Virus record (IMG/VR): IMGVR_UViG_3300045988_007228
Span: 1 to 42,765 of that record
Source of the DNA: a virus
Reading direction: 5' to 3' (one strand)
Length of the DNA: 42,765 nt
The notes below the pieces were generated by a model that searched no databases, was not told the origin of the DNA, and worked only from the letters and a program-made list of their open reading frames with translations. Of this stretch, positions 31,863 to 40,879 are shown in pieces. The position numbers and the translations under genes were made by a program. Position 1 is the stretch's first letter, and every line of letters begins with the position of its first letter.

Positions 31863-32747
31863 ATGGAAAAGAATCTGATCCAGAAGCAGAAGACGGCCAT
31901 GGGTGCGAAGGGCGCAGCTGGTCAAAGCATCAACGCTATTTTAAATAGTGTCTTGGACGGCGAAAAAATGCGCGGCCGTTTTCAGGAATTGCTTGGCGCA
32001 CGCACGCCGCAGTTCTTGTCGTCAATCGTTTCGCTGGTAAACGCCGACGTGAATCTGCAGAAGGCAATGTATGAAGCGCCGATGACGGTCGTTCAGGCCG
32101 CGCTGAAAGCTGCGACCTACGATCTCCCGATTGAGCCGTCGCTTGGCTATGCCTATGTGGTGCCGTTCCACAACAAAGTTAAAACTGAAAACGGAAGCTG
32201 GAGCAAGCGCTGGGAAGGCGCGTTCATCATCGGCTACAAGGGCATGGAACAACTGTGCCTGCGCACCGGCGCCTATGCCCGCGTGCCGGATGCCGTGGAC
32301 GTCCGCGAAGGAGAGCTGATCCGCTACGACCGTCTGACCGGCGACGCGGAATTCGCGTGGATCGAAGATGAAGATGAACGCGAAAAGCTGCCGGTCATCG
32401 GATACGCCGGTTATTTCCGCCTGAAAAATGGCGCGGAAAAGACCATCTACATGACGGTGAAGCAGATTGAAAACCACGAAAAAAAGAACCGCAAGGGCGA
32501 ATACATGACCAAGGGTTGGCGCGACGATTTCGACGCAATGGCCCGAAAGACTGTCCTGCGCCGTCTGATCGGCAAGTACGGCCTGATGTCCATTGACTAT
32601 CGCAACGGCGATGCCAGCACAATGCGGCTGGCAGAAGCTGTCGCGGCGGATGAAGCACCTACGGATATGGGCGGCGACGTAATCGACCTGCCAGATTCCG
32701 AAATGGTCGACACGGAAACGGGCGAGGTGATCGGCGATGCTGAATAA
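31863..32747 (+). CDS. recT: RecT-family single-strand annealing protein
   Basis: 294 aa. Sequence resembles RecT (…PMTVVQAALKAATYDLPIEPSLGYAYVVPF…IIGYKGMEQL…). Neighbours are the exonuclease and SSB genes. Confidence 0.85.
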   Translation: MEKNLIQKQKTAMGAKGAAGQSINAILNSVLDGEKMRGRFQELLGARTPQFLSSIVSLVNADVNLQKAMYEAPMTVVQAALKAATYDLPIEPSLGYAYVVPFHNKVKTENGSWSKRWEGAFIIGYKGMEQLCLRTGAYARVPDAVDVREGELIRYDRLTGDAEFAWIEDEDEREKLPVIGYAGYFRLKNGAEKTIYMTVKQIENHEKKNRKGEYMTKGWRDDFDAMARKTVLRRLIGKYGLMSIDYRNGDASTMRLAEAVAADEAPTDMGGDVIDLPDSEMVDTETGEVIGDAE

Positions 32748-33213
32748 GATCGTGATCATGGGCCGCCTGACGCACGACCCAGAGATGCGCCAGACCGGGA
32801 GCGGGACGTCGGTGACGTCCTTCTCCCTCGCGGTCGAGCGGGACTACAGCGGCAGGGACGGTGGCGAGAAGCAGACGGATTTTATCGACGTTGTGGCATG
32901 GCGGCACACGGCGGAGTTTGTCAGCAAATACTTCGCCAAGGGCGATATGGCTGCTGTGAGCGGCCGCCTGCAAATCCGCGGCTGGACGGACAAAGACGGC
33001 AACAAGCGCCGCAGCGCCGAGGTCGTGGCGGACAGCGTATACTTCGGCGGGAGCAAGCGCAGAGAGGCGGACGCAGCGCCTGCTGCATACGACGCGCGTC
33101 CGGTCGCCGCGCAGCCGACGGAGGCAGACATGGAGCGGATCGACGCGCTGGTGAGCGCATACGACAACGTCGCATACGCGGGCGATGACGGTGGCGGAGA
33201 CCTGCCGTTTTAA
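32737..33213 (+). CDS. ssb: Single-stranded DNA-binding protein
   Basis: MLNKIVIMGRLTHDPEMRQTGSGTSVTSFSLAV...DFIDVVAWR... is an OB fold. Acidic tail ends in DLPF. Confidence 0.9.
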   Translation: MLNKIVIMGRLTHDPEMRQTGSGTSVTSFSLAVERDYSGRDGGEKQTDFIDVVAWRHTAEFVSKYFAKGDMAAVSGRLQIRGWTDKDGNKRRSAEVVADSVYFGGSKRREADAAPAAYDARPVAAQPTEADMERIDALVSAYDNVAYAGDDGGGDLPF

Positions 33214-33227
33214 GGAGGGCGGAGCAC

Positions 33228-34073
33228 ATGGCATGGATCGAACTGCATCAGACGCTGCCGACGAATCGCAAGACGATGCGGTTCAAGCGCCTGCTGAAAA
33301 TCAAGACGCCGCAGGCCGTCGGCCATATGTGTATGCTGTGGCTCTGGGCGATCGACAACGCGCCGGACGGGGATCTGTCTCCGTTCGGCGCGGACGAGAT
33401 CGCGGAGGCCGGCGGATACACGGGCAAAGACCCGCACGCATTTGTGGACGCACTGGTCGGAGCAGGGTTCGTGGACGACGACGGCACATCCCTGATGATC
33501 CACGAGTGGTATGACTACGTCGGGAATCTGGTGGACAAGCGCGCGATCACAAAGGCGCAGAACCGGGAGCGCGCGCAGAGATACCGCGACAAGCGCAAGC
33601 AAATGTGCGTGACGGAAAGCGTGACGGAGCGTGACGATGTAACGCAGCGTAACGCTGACGTAACGCGTGACGCGAGCGAACGCGCAGCGTTACGTAACGC
33701 TGACGTAACGACCCTATACAGTACAGTACCGTACAGTACCTATACAGTACCCTGTATTTCTGAAGAAAGAAAGGTAAAAGAAAGAACCCCGGAGGTGCAG
33801 CCTGTGACCGACGTGACGCCTCCGGAAGCTGTCCGGCCTGACGTGCTGGAGACGAAAAACAGATTGATCGTGCAGGCGGATATGCCGAAGGGCCGGAAGC
33901 TGGACGAACTGCCGGAGGGGATGCGCCTTGCAGACCTGCCGTTTATCCGGCTCTGGCGCAGCAAGGGACGCGACGTGCGCACGGACACGGTAACGCTGGC
34001 AATTGATACGTACCTGCGGGAGCGGCCTGCACAGCCGGACGAAAAGGCGGGTGGGGCGCGTGCCGAGCGGTAG
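33228..34073 (+). CDS. Putative replication initiator / replisome-organiser-like protein carrying internal iterons
   Basis: 281 aa. AAGGAGGGCGGAG RBS. Conserved-looking N-terminal domain (MAWIELHQTLPTNRKT...LWLWAIDNAPDGDL...). The middle of the gene is a dense array of DNA repeats. Confidence 0.45.
   Translation: MAWIELHQTLPTNRKTMRFKRLLKIKTPQAVGHMCMLWLWAIDNAPDGDLSPFGADEIAEAGGYTGKDPHAFVDALVGAGFVDDDGTSLMIHEWYDYVGNLVDKRAITKAQNRERAQRYRDKRKQMCVTESVTERDDVTQRNADVTRDASERAALRNADVTTLYSTVPYSTYTVPCISEERKVKERTPEVQPVTDVTPPEAVRPDVLETKNRLIVQADMPKGRKLDELPEGMRLADLPFIRLWRSKGRDVRTDTVTLAIDTYLRERPAQPDEKAGGARAER
33607..33756. repeat. Iteron cluster, candidate replication origin
   Basis: GCGTGACGGA x3 in tandem (33607-33637). 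An 18-bp perfect direct repeat CGTAACGCTGACGTAACG at 33648-33665 and 33693-33710. Inverted ACGTAACGC/GCGTTACGT. GTACAGTACC x2 in tandem (33721-33740), plus TATACAGTAC x2. Confidence 0.7.
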
Positions 34074-34299
34074 CTACCGGCAGGTGTATGTTAAGTGCCC
34101 TTTTTACCTGTATGACGACGGCGCGGGGCGCATCTGCTGCGAAGGGATCGCGCCGGAGACGACGGTGGCGACGATGTTTCGCCACCGAAACCAGCTGCAG
34201 CAGCATATGCGGATCTTCTGCGAGGACGCATTCACCTGCTGTGAGCTGTACAGAGCGGTAATGGCCGCAAAATACGAAGACGAGGAAGGAGACCAATGA
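34060..34299 (+). CDS. Small Cys-rich protein (about 79 aa)
   Basis: GTG start (34060 or 34051), uncertain. YRQVYVKCPFY...ICCEG...FCEDAFTCCELY. Confidence 0.45.
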   Translation: MPSGSYRQVYVKCPFYLYDDGAGRICCEGIAPETTVATMFRHRNQLQQHMRIFCEDAFTCCELYRAVMAAKYEDEEGDQ

Positions 34300-34607
34300 T
34301 GGAAGGGAAAGAACAAAAGCGCGCGGACGATCTTCCGGCCGGCGCTGTGGAGCAGGTAAGAGCGCTGCTGAACCGGCCGCGCTCGAGCGCAGATTTCTCG
34401 CCGGCAGCGCGCTACGCGGTGCAGCGGCTGGCGGATTATGCCGAGCAGGAGCACGAGCTTCGGGGCAAGGCAGAGGAGCGGTGCGTGAAGATGAACGGGC
34501 AAGTGACGGATGCTCGCCTCATGGTAGAGGCTCAGGCGCGCACGGTCGACGACCTGCGGCAGCAACTGTCTTTCCTGCGGCAGGCGATGCAGGACGTGGG
34601 GGTGTAA
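34296..34607 (+). CDS. Coiled-coil protein, unknown function
   Basis: 103 aa. ATGA overlap with the upstream gene. Confidence 0.5.
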   Translation: MMEGKEQKRADDLPAGAVEQVRALLNRPRSSADFSPAARYAVQRLADYAEQEHELRGKAEERCVKMNGQVTDARLMVEAQARTVDDLRQQLSFLRQAMQDVGV

Positions 34608-34610
34608 GGC

Positions 34611-34934
34611 ATGGACGTGGTAGAATTTTTGAGCGAGTTCCGGCGGATGTGTAAATCGACCAGCGATTGCACAAAGTGTCAGTATCACGGCGATAGATGT
34701 GATAACGCCATTGAGTTTTTTAAAAAAACCGTTGCGGTGGTTGAGCAGTGGTCTCTGGAGCATCCGCGCAAGACACGGCAGGACGTGTTTTTGGAACAGT
34801 GGCCGGAAGCGAAATTATTTGATGGCATCATAGATATTAAGCCGTGCAGTCTCGTAGCGTCTCTTCTGTCAGAGTGCCCCAAGACTTTTTGCTACGATTG
34901 CCGCCACAAGTTCTGGATGCAGGAGGTGGAGTGA
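34611..34934 (+). CDS. Cys-rich protein, unknown function
   Basis: 107 aa. CTKCQYHGDRC ... CYDCRHKFW. Confidence 0.5.
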   Translation: MDVVEFLSEFRRMCKSTSDCTKCQYHGDRCDNAIEFFKKTVAVVEQWSLEHPRKTRQDVFLEQWPEAKLFDGIIDIKPCSLVASLLSECPKTFCYDCRHKFWMQEVE

Positions 34935-35428
34935 TGGAGAGACTGACGTTTGACGGCAATTTCTGCGACATCTCGCAGTGCCGGGAGCTGCCGTGCCCGC
35001 ACGGTGGCAGCTGCACACAGCGCAAGGTGTGGGAAAAGCTCAAGGCTTACGAGGACACGGGGCTGACACCTAAACTTGCGCAAGAAACCGCAGAATTTGC
35101 AATATGGGTACACGAGAATGGCCTTGAAAAGATTAAAGAATGGATTAAGGCCGACAAGGCGGGACGGCTGGTGGTGCTGCCGTGCAAGGTTGGAGACACG
35201 CTATGGTATGTTGGCCGTGATAATGTGCCACGAGAAATGGAGCTTGAAGCCCCGGACATCAGAGTTGTTTGCACGGATGAGGATAATCTGTGTATGGCAA
35301 CGTGCAATCGCAAGCCGGACGGAGCCCGCGTGTATCGTCTGCGTAATGATGGCACGGACATAGGCAAGAAAGTATTCCTGACCCGCGAGGAGGCGGAGAA
35401 AGCATTGGAGGCGATGAAGGATGAGTAA
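34934..35428 (+). CDS. Hypothetical phage protein (164 aa)
   Basis: TGATG overlap. MERLTFDGNFCDISQCRELPCPHGGSC...YEDTGLTP is a pattern recalled from Clostridia phage proteins. Confidence 0.5.
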   Translation: MERLTFDGNFCDISQCRELPCPHGGSCTQRKVWEKLKAYEDTGLTPKLAQETAEFAIWVHENGLEKIKEWIKADKAGRLVVLPCKVGDTLWYVGRDNVPREMELEAPDIRVVCTDEDNLCMATCNRKPDGARVYRLRNDGTDIGKKVFLTREEAEKALEAMKDE

Positions 35429-36026
35429 GGCTGTCATGCTGAGCATCCGCCCAAAGTGGTGCGAAAAGATTGCCAGCGGTGAAAAGACGATTGAGGTGCG
35501 AAAGACACGCCCGAAACTGGAGACGCCGTTCAAGTGCTATATCTACTGCGCCAGCGTTAAAAGCATGAATTTGCAAGATTATGTTGATGCGATTTCAAGC
35601 GCCGCCGCTGTCGATGATTGGAGCGGCAAAGTTATCGGCGAATTTATGTGCTGTGCGACCATCCCAATAAGTGTTGAGTATTCTGGCCCCAGTCATCGGA
35701 TCGCTGGCATGACAGACAAGCAAATAATTGATTATCTCGGCAATGGGAAAATGGGCTACGGCTGGCTCATACTTGACTTAAAAATCTACGACAATCCGCA
35801 GGAGCTGAGCAAGTTCCGCGTAGAGGACAAGCCAGCAATCAAAGCGTGCAAGCATAGGTTCCGCGCCGGACAGCCGGAATATGTTGCAAGGCACGGAGGA
35901 TGGCTGCAAGGCGGTTGGGGTTGCATGAAAAACGGAGAACCTGAATGGTGCGAAAACTGTTTGACTAAGCCGCTTACCCGCCCGCCTCAAAGCTGGTGTT
36001 ATGTGGAGGCGATGCAGGATGGCTGA
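35421..36026 (+). CDS. ASCH (PUA-like) domain protein
   Basis: N-terminus MSKAVMLSIRPKWCEKIASGEKTIEVRKTRPK is the characteristic ASCH opening. Confidence 0.6.
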   Translation: MSKAVMLSIRPKWCEKIASGEKTIEVRKTRPKLETPFKCYIYCASVKSMNLQDYVDAISSAAAVDDWSGKVIGEFMCCATIPISVEYSGPSHRIAGMTDKQIIDYLGNGKMGYGWLILDLKIYDNPQELSKFRVEDKPAIKACKHRFRAGQPEYVARHGGWLQGGWGCMKNGEPEWCENCLTKPLTRPPQSWCYVEAMQDG

Positions 36027-36255
36027 ATACATCGAGCGGGATTTAGCGATTGAATTTTTGCCCGTCGCGTATGACAGCGCGATCAATGCGCTTCGCAATG
36101 TTCCCGCCGCCGACGTTGCGCAGGTGGTGCGCTGTTATCAATGCCGATCGTACAATAAGCCGCGGCTTGGATGGTGCTCATTCCACATGGACAGAGAAAA
36201 CTATGACGACTTTTGTAGCTATGGCGTAAGAATGGACGGTGACGACGATGGATGA
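36019..36255 (+). CDS. Small Cys-containing protein (78 aa)
   Basis: ATG 36019 overlaps the upstream stop. MAEYIERD...VPAADVAQVVRCYQC... Confidence 0.5.
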   Translation: MAEYIERDLAIEFLPVAYDSAINALRNVPAADVAQVVRCYQCRSYNKPRLGWCSFHMDRENYDDFCSYGVRMDGDDDG

Positions 36256-36718
36256 ACATATCGAACGGCAGGCGGCCATTGACGCAGTGACGGCTGTTTA
36301 TGTCCGCACTGCAGGGTACAAGACACGGGAACGTGTTTGGGAAACGAGGGAAGCTATACAAAAGCTCCCCGCTGCCGAGGAGCCGATGGACTGGATCAGC
36401 GTCAAAGATAGGCTGCCGAAGCCGGAAACCGAAGTTCTGGCGGTATGTGTGAGGAACGGCTACCGCTTCATCTGCCCCGTGATTTATGAGAATGGAACCA
36501 CACTAACGCAAGACAGCATATGGAACTGGTACGAGTTGGACAATTACGGGACGTACAGCGAAGAAAACGATGATTACTTTGTCCCCGAAGGCTGGTGGGA
36601 AGCTCGGCAGTTTACGCCGGATGACGTATACAATAATCCCGTGGACTGCGCCGTCACGCACTGGATGCCGCTGCCGGAACCGCCAAAGGGGGTGCTCGAC
36701 GATGCCAAAGCGGATTAA
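36248..36718 (+). CDS. DUF551-like protein
   Basis: WISVKDRLPKPETEVLAV... is typical of DUF551 (by memory). Start is ATG 36248 or GTG 36239. Confidence 0.45.
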   Translation: MDEHIERQAAIDAVTAVYVRTAGYKTRERVWETREAIQKLPAAEEPMDWISVKDRLPKPETEVLAVCVRNGYRFICPVIYENGTTLTQDSIWNWYELDNYGTYSEENDDYFVPEGWWEARQFTPDDVYNNPVDCAVTHWMPLPEPPKGVLDDAKAD

Positions 36719-36974
36719 CCCGCGCCGGAGACCGGCGACGATGGCAGACGTGCAGCGCGCAAAGGACGCGGCGACGGCGGATGCCTGCCGCGTGACGCTG
36801 GCGATCTTTTTTACCGCCCTGCTGGACAAAGAGGGCATGGATGCCGAGCAGCTCCAGCGCATCTGGAGAGAGGTCGAGGCGCTGAGCGAGAGCGTGCGGG
36901 ACGGATACGTCTCCGCGCCCGACCTGATTCGCGTGCTGCGCGAGGAGTACGAGATCGACATCATAGGAGGATAA
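36702..36974 (+). CDS. Hypothetical protein (90 aa)
   Basis: AAGGGGGTG RBS. Overlaps the upstream gene by 17 nt. Confidence 0.5.
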   Translation: MPKRINPRRRPATMADVQRAKDAATADACRVTLAIFFTALLDKEGMDAEQLQRIWREVEALSESVRDGYVSAPDLIRVLREEYEIDIIGG

Positions 36975-36978
36975 AACG

Positions 36979-37437
36979 ATGAACAGATTGGACACACTGA
37001 AGGCCGCCGCCGAATGCGTGTGCGGCAGCCGTGAAGAAGACTACGGCAGCCCGGAGGATAACTTCGCGGTGATCGCGGGGCTGTGGACGGCATATACAGG
37101 CACGGACGTCACGCCGAAGGACGTGGCCATGATGATGGCGCTGCTTAAGATCGCCCGCGCGAAAGCTGGCAGCAAGCCGGACGCCTACGTCGATCTGGCT
37201 GGCTACGCAGCGTGTGGGGCGGAAATTTCTGCGCGTGAGCCGAAGCAAACCACGAAGCGCACAGCCAACACGTCTGACGTGGCCGGAGGCGCAGAGACCG
37301 GAAAAACGGCATCCTGCGTGAAGCTGCAGCGGATGGACGGCTACTATCTGGTGGACGTAGACGGGAATCCGCATCGCTTTACACTGTGGGAAACCGCGAT
37401 GCAGTTTATCCGCGAGCACGCCGGTGAGCTGACGTGA
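36979..37437 (+). CDS. Conserved phage protein (DUF6378-like N-terminus)
   Basis: AGGAGG RBS. REEDYGSPEDNFAVIAGLWTAY...DVAMMMALLKIARA...DAYVDLAGYAA pattern, recalled from memory. Confidence 0.45.
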   Translation: MNRLDTLKAAAECVCGSREEDYGSPEDNFAVIAGLWTAYTGTDVTPKDVAMMMALLKIARAKAGSKPDAYVDLAGYAACGAEISAREPKQTTKRTANTSDVAGGAETGKTASCVKLQRMDGYYLVDVDGNPHRFTLWETAMQFIREHAGELT

Positions 37438-37814
37438 CGGCGGAGTTTGTGATCCCGACGAGGCTGCCTGGAATGAACGAATACACGGACGCCTGCCGGC
37501 GGCACGCGCAGGTGGGCGCGAAGATGAAGCACAACAACCAGGAGATCGCCGCGTGGGCGATCCGGTCGCAGATGCGCGGGGTGAAGTTCACGAAGCCGGT
37601 GGAGATCACCTACACGTTCTACGAACCGAACCGGCGGCGGGACAAATCGAACGTCGCGGCGTTTGGCGTCAAGGTAATCGAGGACGCGCTGGTGATGTGC
37701 GGGGTGCTGAAGGACGACGGCTGGCAGTACATACAGGCGTTTACGTCGCGCTTTGCGCTGGACAAGGAAAAACCGCGCATCGTGGTGCGGATCACGGACG
37801 AAGGCGCGGAATAA
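37434..37814 (+). CDS. rusA: RusA-like Holliday junction resolvase
   Basis: GTGA-coupled start. ...YEPNRRRDKSNVAAFGVKVIEDALVMCGVLKDDGW... fits the RusA acidic motif context. Confidence 0.7.
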   Translation: MTAEFVIPTRLPGMNEYTDACRRHAQVGAKMKHNNQEIAAWAIRSQMRGVKFTKPVEITYTFYEPNRRRDKSNVAAFGVKVIEDALVMCGVLKDDGWQYIQAFTSRFALDKEKPRIVVRITDEGAE

Positions 37815-37818
37815 AGGG

Positions 37819-37849
37819 AAAGCTCCGGGGCGGAAGCCTCGGAGCTTTT
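37819..37849. terminator. Bidirectional terminator between the convergent early operon and the antisense operon
   Basis: aaagctccggg...cctcggagcttt stem of about 12 bp. T-run on the + strand and a T-rich tail on the - strand. Confidence 0.7.
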
Positions 37850-37860
37850 GCCGTATTTTG

Positions 37861-38091
37861 TTACTGCATGGCTTTGGCCATCTCGGCGATCGCGGTCTCG
37901 GCAGCGGCACGCGCCTGATCCAGATGAATGCAGGCCCAGTCCATGCGGATGTACTGCGGCGATTCGATCAGGTTCTCCGGCATGCTTGCCTGCGCGCGGT
38001 CTTCTTCGGCGGACAGATCTGCAAGCTGGTCGCGCAGAGACTCGCACGCAGCGATCAAGGCGCGAAGCCGACGGCGGCGGGTGTTATTCAT
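37861..38091 (-). CDS. Antisense-operon gene E: 76-aa helical protein, unknown function
   Basis: ATG 38091 with GGGAGG 8 nt upstream. Overlaps the stop of gene D by 8 nt (ATGAATAA). MNNTRRRRLRALIAACESLRDQLADLSAEEDRAQASMPENLIESPQY... Confidence 0.6.
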   Translation of the reverse strand: MNNTRRRRLRALIAACESLRDQLADLSAEEDRAQASMPENLIESPQYIRMDWACIHLDQARAAAETAIAEMAKAMQ

Positions 38092-39121
38092 GGGGCGTAC
38101 CTCCCTTCGGTGGCTTGCGCACGGGGTAGATGACGGTCTCACCGCCCGGCGGCATATCGTCCGCGTGGACGTAGGTGGGCGCCGTCCACTTGAGGATCAG
38201 TCGGCGGTCGTCCTGCGGTCCGGCCCAGTAGTGATGCCAATGGCCGCGGCGGGCGTGCGGCCGCTTTTTGCCGCCGGGCGTGCTGCCGTTGGCGTCGGCC
38301 TCGTCTGCCTCCGCGCGCGCTCTTGCACCACGGATGGCCGCGCCCATGCGCACGCCGACATACTGCAGATCGACGGTGCTGGCCTTGCCGACGTCGTCGG
38401 GCTTGCGCGGGATCTTTTGCGTGTGCTTGTGGTCCGGCGCAGCGGCGATGTCCGCGCCGTCGGAGATGATGTACAGGATGATCTGGATGACGCCAAGGAT
38501 GATGCGGCCGAGGGAAGCGACGTCCGAGACGGTGCTGATGTCGACGCCGACATTTTCGCGCGTGCGATCCAGCGTGGCCAGCACACAGTCGCCGATCGTG
38601 CCGGACGGCACAAGGTGCAGCACCTGCGGGACGGTGCCCTGCATATCGTCGTACAGCCACTGCACGCGCAGCTCCGCGGTCGCGCAGTTTACATCGTAGT
38701 CGATCCACGCAAAAAAGCCATCGACGCCTGGCAGCTCCGGGTGGTGGGCCTTGACATAGATACAGGGGTACGGCAGGTGCAGCAGCAGGTCGACCGGCAG
38801 GACGTCGGTGTCCGTCATGTCCTCCGCCTGGGCAAAAAGCATCTCGGCCATGTCGTCATCGACGGCATAGATGATGCGGCTGCGCCGCCACGCCCAGCAG
38901 GCCGTCAGCTCCGCCGACATGGCTGCGGCATCCAGGTCGCTCCGGCCGCGGGCGTAGGTAAGGTAGGTGTAGGCGGCATTGATCGGCAGCGGGCAGTAGT
39001 CCGGCCACGCGAAGCCGTCCTCCCCGTTGGCGGTCGCGCAGCTGTCAAGCTGCCGATAGGCATCCGGGCAGCTGCGCAGCCACTTGCGCAGCAGCGGCAG
39101 CGGGGTTTCGCGGTCACGCAT
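38084..39121 (-). CDS. Antisense-operon gene D: 345-aa protein, unknown function
   Basis: GGAGG RBS. Normal protein composition, whereas the + strand frames here translate as Arg/Val/Gly/Asp junk. Basic, His-rich C-terminal motif RRGHWHHYWAGP. Confidence 0.65.
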   Translation of the reverse strand: MRDRETPLPLLRKWLRSCPDAYRQLDSCATANGEDGFAWPDYCPLPINAAYTYLTYARGRSDLDAAAMSAELTACWAWRRSRIIYAVDDDMAEMLFAQAEDMTDTDVLPVDLLLHLPYPCIYVKAHHPELPGVDGFFAWIDYDVNCATAELRVQWLYDDMQGTVPQVLHLVPSGTIGDCVLATLDRTRENVGVDISTVSDVASLGRIILGVIQIILYIISDGADIAAAPDHKHTQKIPRKPDDVGKASTVDLQYVGVRMGAAIRGARARAEADEADANGSTPGGKKRPHARRGHWHHYWAGPQDDRRLILKWTAPTYVHADDMPPGGETVIYPVRKPPKGGTPHE

Positions 39122-39139
39122 CTGTATCGCCTCCCCCCA

Positions 39140-39781
39140 TCACAGTCCGCACTGCTTGGCCAGCAGCAGGCGCACATACGGTGGACACTCGCGGCTCCCG
39201 GAGATCCACCCCTGCAGCGTGCGCAAAGGGATGGCAAAACGCGCCGCAAAGTCCGTCTGCGACAGGCCGGTGTGCTGCACGATCTCGTTGACGGTCAGGT
39301 GCGCGTAGCTCCAGATGGGCCGCAGTTCTGCGGCCAAGGCCGGGAGCTCGTCCTCGCTGGCGCCAAAGATGTCTGACGTCGCAACGTCGGACACGAACGC
39401 ATCCGGGTCATCGTAGGCAGCGGCCTCCTGCAGCGCTGCCGAAAACTGCTTATCCGTGAGATCGTAGTGCTCATCCAGATCGTCTGCGCTGGCATAGATC
39501 CAGGCGTGCGCGACATCGGTTGCCGGGTGTCCGCGCTTGGGGTCGCGGCGCAGCGTGATCGCCACATCTACGCCGCCCTTTCCGCCGAGGATGCCTGGCT
39601 TGTACTCGGCACGGTAGCCGACGATGGCGGTGTATGACCCACGGATACCGGCGCTCGAGACGAGGCGCTGGAGGCTCCCGTTGATCGCGTCTGTGAGTGT
39701 GGTGCCGCTGATCGTGTCCGGCCACTGGCTGCCGGACACGTACACTTCGTATTCGTTTGCAGTGATGCCTTTGCTTTTCAT
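39140..39781 (-). CDS. Antisense-operon gene C: 213-aa protein with C-terminal XRE-type HTH
   Basis: C-terminus LTVNEIVQHTGLSQTDFAARFAIPLRTLQGWISGSRECPPYVRLLL is an antitoxin/regulator-like HTH. The N-terminal 130 aa are unknown. Confidence 0.65.
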   Translation of the reverse strand: MKSKGITANEYEVYVSGSQWPDTISGTTLTDAINGSLQRLVSSAGIRGSYTAIVGYRAEYKPGILGGKGGVDVAITLRRDPKRGHPATDVAHAWIYASADDLDEHYDLTDKQFSAALQEAAAYDDPDAFVSDVATSDIFGASEDELPALAAELRPIWSYAHLTVNEIVQHTGLSQTDFAARFAIPLRTLQGWISGSRECPPYVRLLLAKQCGL

Positions 39782-40503
39782 TGCGTTTTTCCTCCTTGGG
39801 TAGCCTCACGCCAGGCTGCCAGAGCCTTGGCATAGTTTTTGAGCGCGTCGGCGTCATCGTTGCTGATGCGGACCTCCGCATTGTCAACGTAGATGCGGTA
39901 GCCATAATCCGCCGTGCCGTAGACCTTGCCGTTCCAGCGGCCGGCCGGGCAGCATACCGGCTTGACCGGCTCCGTGATGCCGGATGCCTCAGCGGCCGCG
40001 ATGCGCTCGCGCTTGGCGGCGGCTTGTTTGGCAAGATACTCCGTGTCTACAATGCTATCGTCGATCACGGCACCGAGCGCCTTCGCACGCTCGATCTCGT
40101 CGTAGGCGTCCTCCTGCGGGACGACCTTGATCCATTTTTGCTCTCCGCGCTGGACGCTATAGCCGTAGGTGATGTAGTCATCCGCAAAGACCCAGCGGTA
40201 CCCGAGCGCCTTAATGTCGTCCTTGCGCGGCATGGTGCCGCCGCCGAAAAACAGGACGACCGGCGTGTTGTCTTTGTACGGATAGCCGGTCATATGCAGC
40301 GTCAGGGGCAGCTCAGCATCCACTGCGGCGGAAGCCTCGCGCTCGGATGCCTTGCGCGCAGTGTAGCAAGCATTGCACTCATCAAAGTTTGCGGCTGCCC
40401 ACGCCTCCCAGCCATCCGCCTCGCGGCGATTGCGGCAGATTTTGGTGCGCGTAAACGTTGCGCCGCAGGTGGCGCAGGTGCAGGTTGCAGTTGCTTTTGA
40501 CAT
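39778..40503 (-). CDS. Antisense-operon gene B: 241-aa protein with N-terminal zinc ribbon
   Basis: AAGGAG RBS. CTCATCG...DECNACY. ATGA-coupled to gene C. Confidence 0.65.
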   Translation of the reverse strand: MSKATATCTCATCGATFTRTKICRNRREADGWEAWAAANFDECNACYTARKASEREASAAVDAELPLTLHMTGYPYKDNTPVVLFFGGGTMPRKDDIKALGYRWVFADDYITYGYSVQRGEQKWIKVVPQEDAYDEIERAKALGAVIDDSIVDTEYLAKQAAAKRERIAAAEASGITEPVKPVCCPAGRWNGKVYGTADYGYRIYVDNAEVRISNDDADALKNYAKALAAWREATQGGKTQ

Positions 40504-40550
40504 GATGATTTATCTCCTTTGTTGTGTACCAAATGTGTATCCGCACGAGA

Positions 40551-40826
40551 TTACTTGCCGACCCAGCCACAGAGGTCAAACCATGTGGTCGGGCAGCTCA
40601 GCTTGTACGTGACGCCGGAGCCGGTAGCGTTATACACCTCGTAGTTGGCCTCCATGTAGCACGGCGCGCAGCCGTTGGAGCGGCGAGAGATGTCCGCGAG
40701 ATCATCGAGCTCCGAGATCGGCTGCTCGGTCTCGAGATACAGTGCGTGTGCCTCGCTTGTGATGGGATCGCGGAGGATCTCCATGCTGTGCTTTGCCTGC
40801 AGTGCTTTTGCCTCGTTGCGTGTCAT
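40551..40826 (-). CDS. Antisense-operon gene A: 91-aa protein, unknown function
   Basis: First ORF after the consensus promoter. AAGGA RBS. Four Cys in the C-terminal half. Confidence 0.55.
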   Translation of the reverse strand: MTRNEAKALQAKHSMEILRDPITSEAHALYLETEQPISELDDLADISRRSNGCAPCYMEANYEVYNATGSGVTYKLSCPTTWFDLCGWVGK

Positions 40827-40879
40827 AGTTTTCGTCCTTTCCGGCCGGCGGCCTGTCGTGTTGTCCTCTTGATGGTTTA

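Noticed and set aside
33607-33756. Whether the short direct repeats form a CRISPR array.
   Set aside because: The units are 10-18 bp, irregularly spaced and partly inverted. They lie inside an ORF and no cas genes are present. Iterons are the simpler reading.
39140-39781. Calling gene C a canonical CI repressor, or a HicB-type antitoxin.
   Set aside because: The HTH is C-terminal, there is no S24 peptidase domain, and the N-terminal domain shows no HicB-like motif that I can recognise. It is kept as an HTH protein of unknown role.
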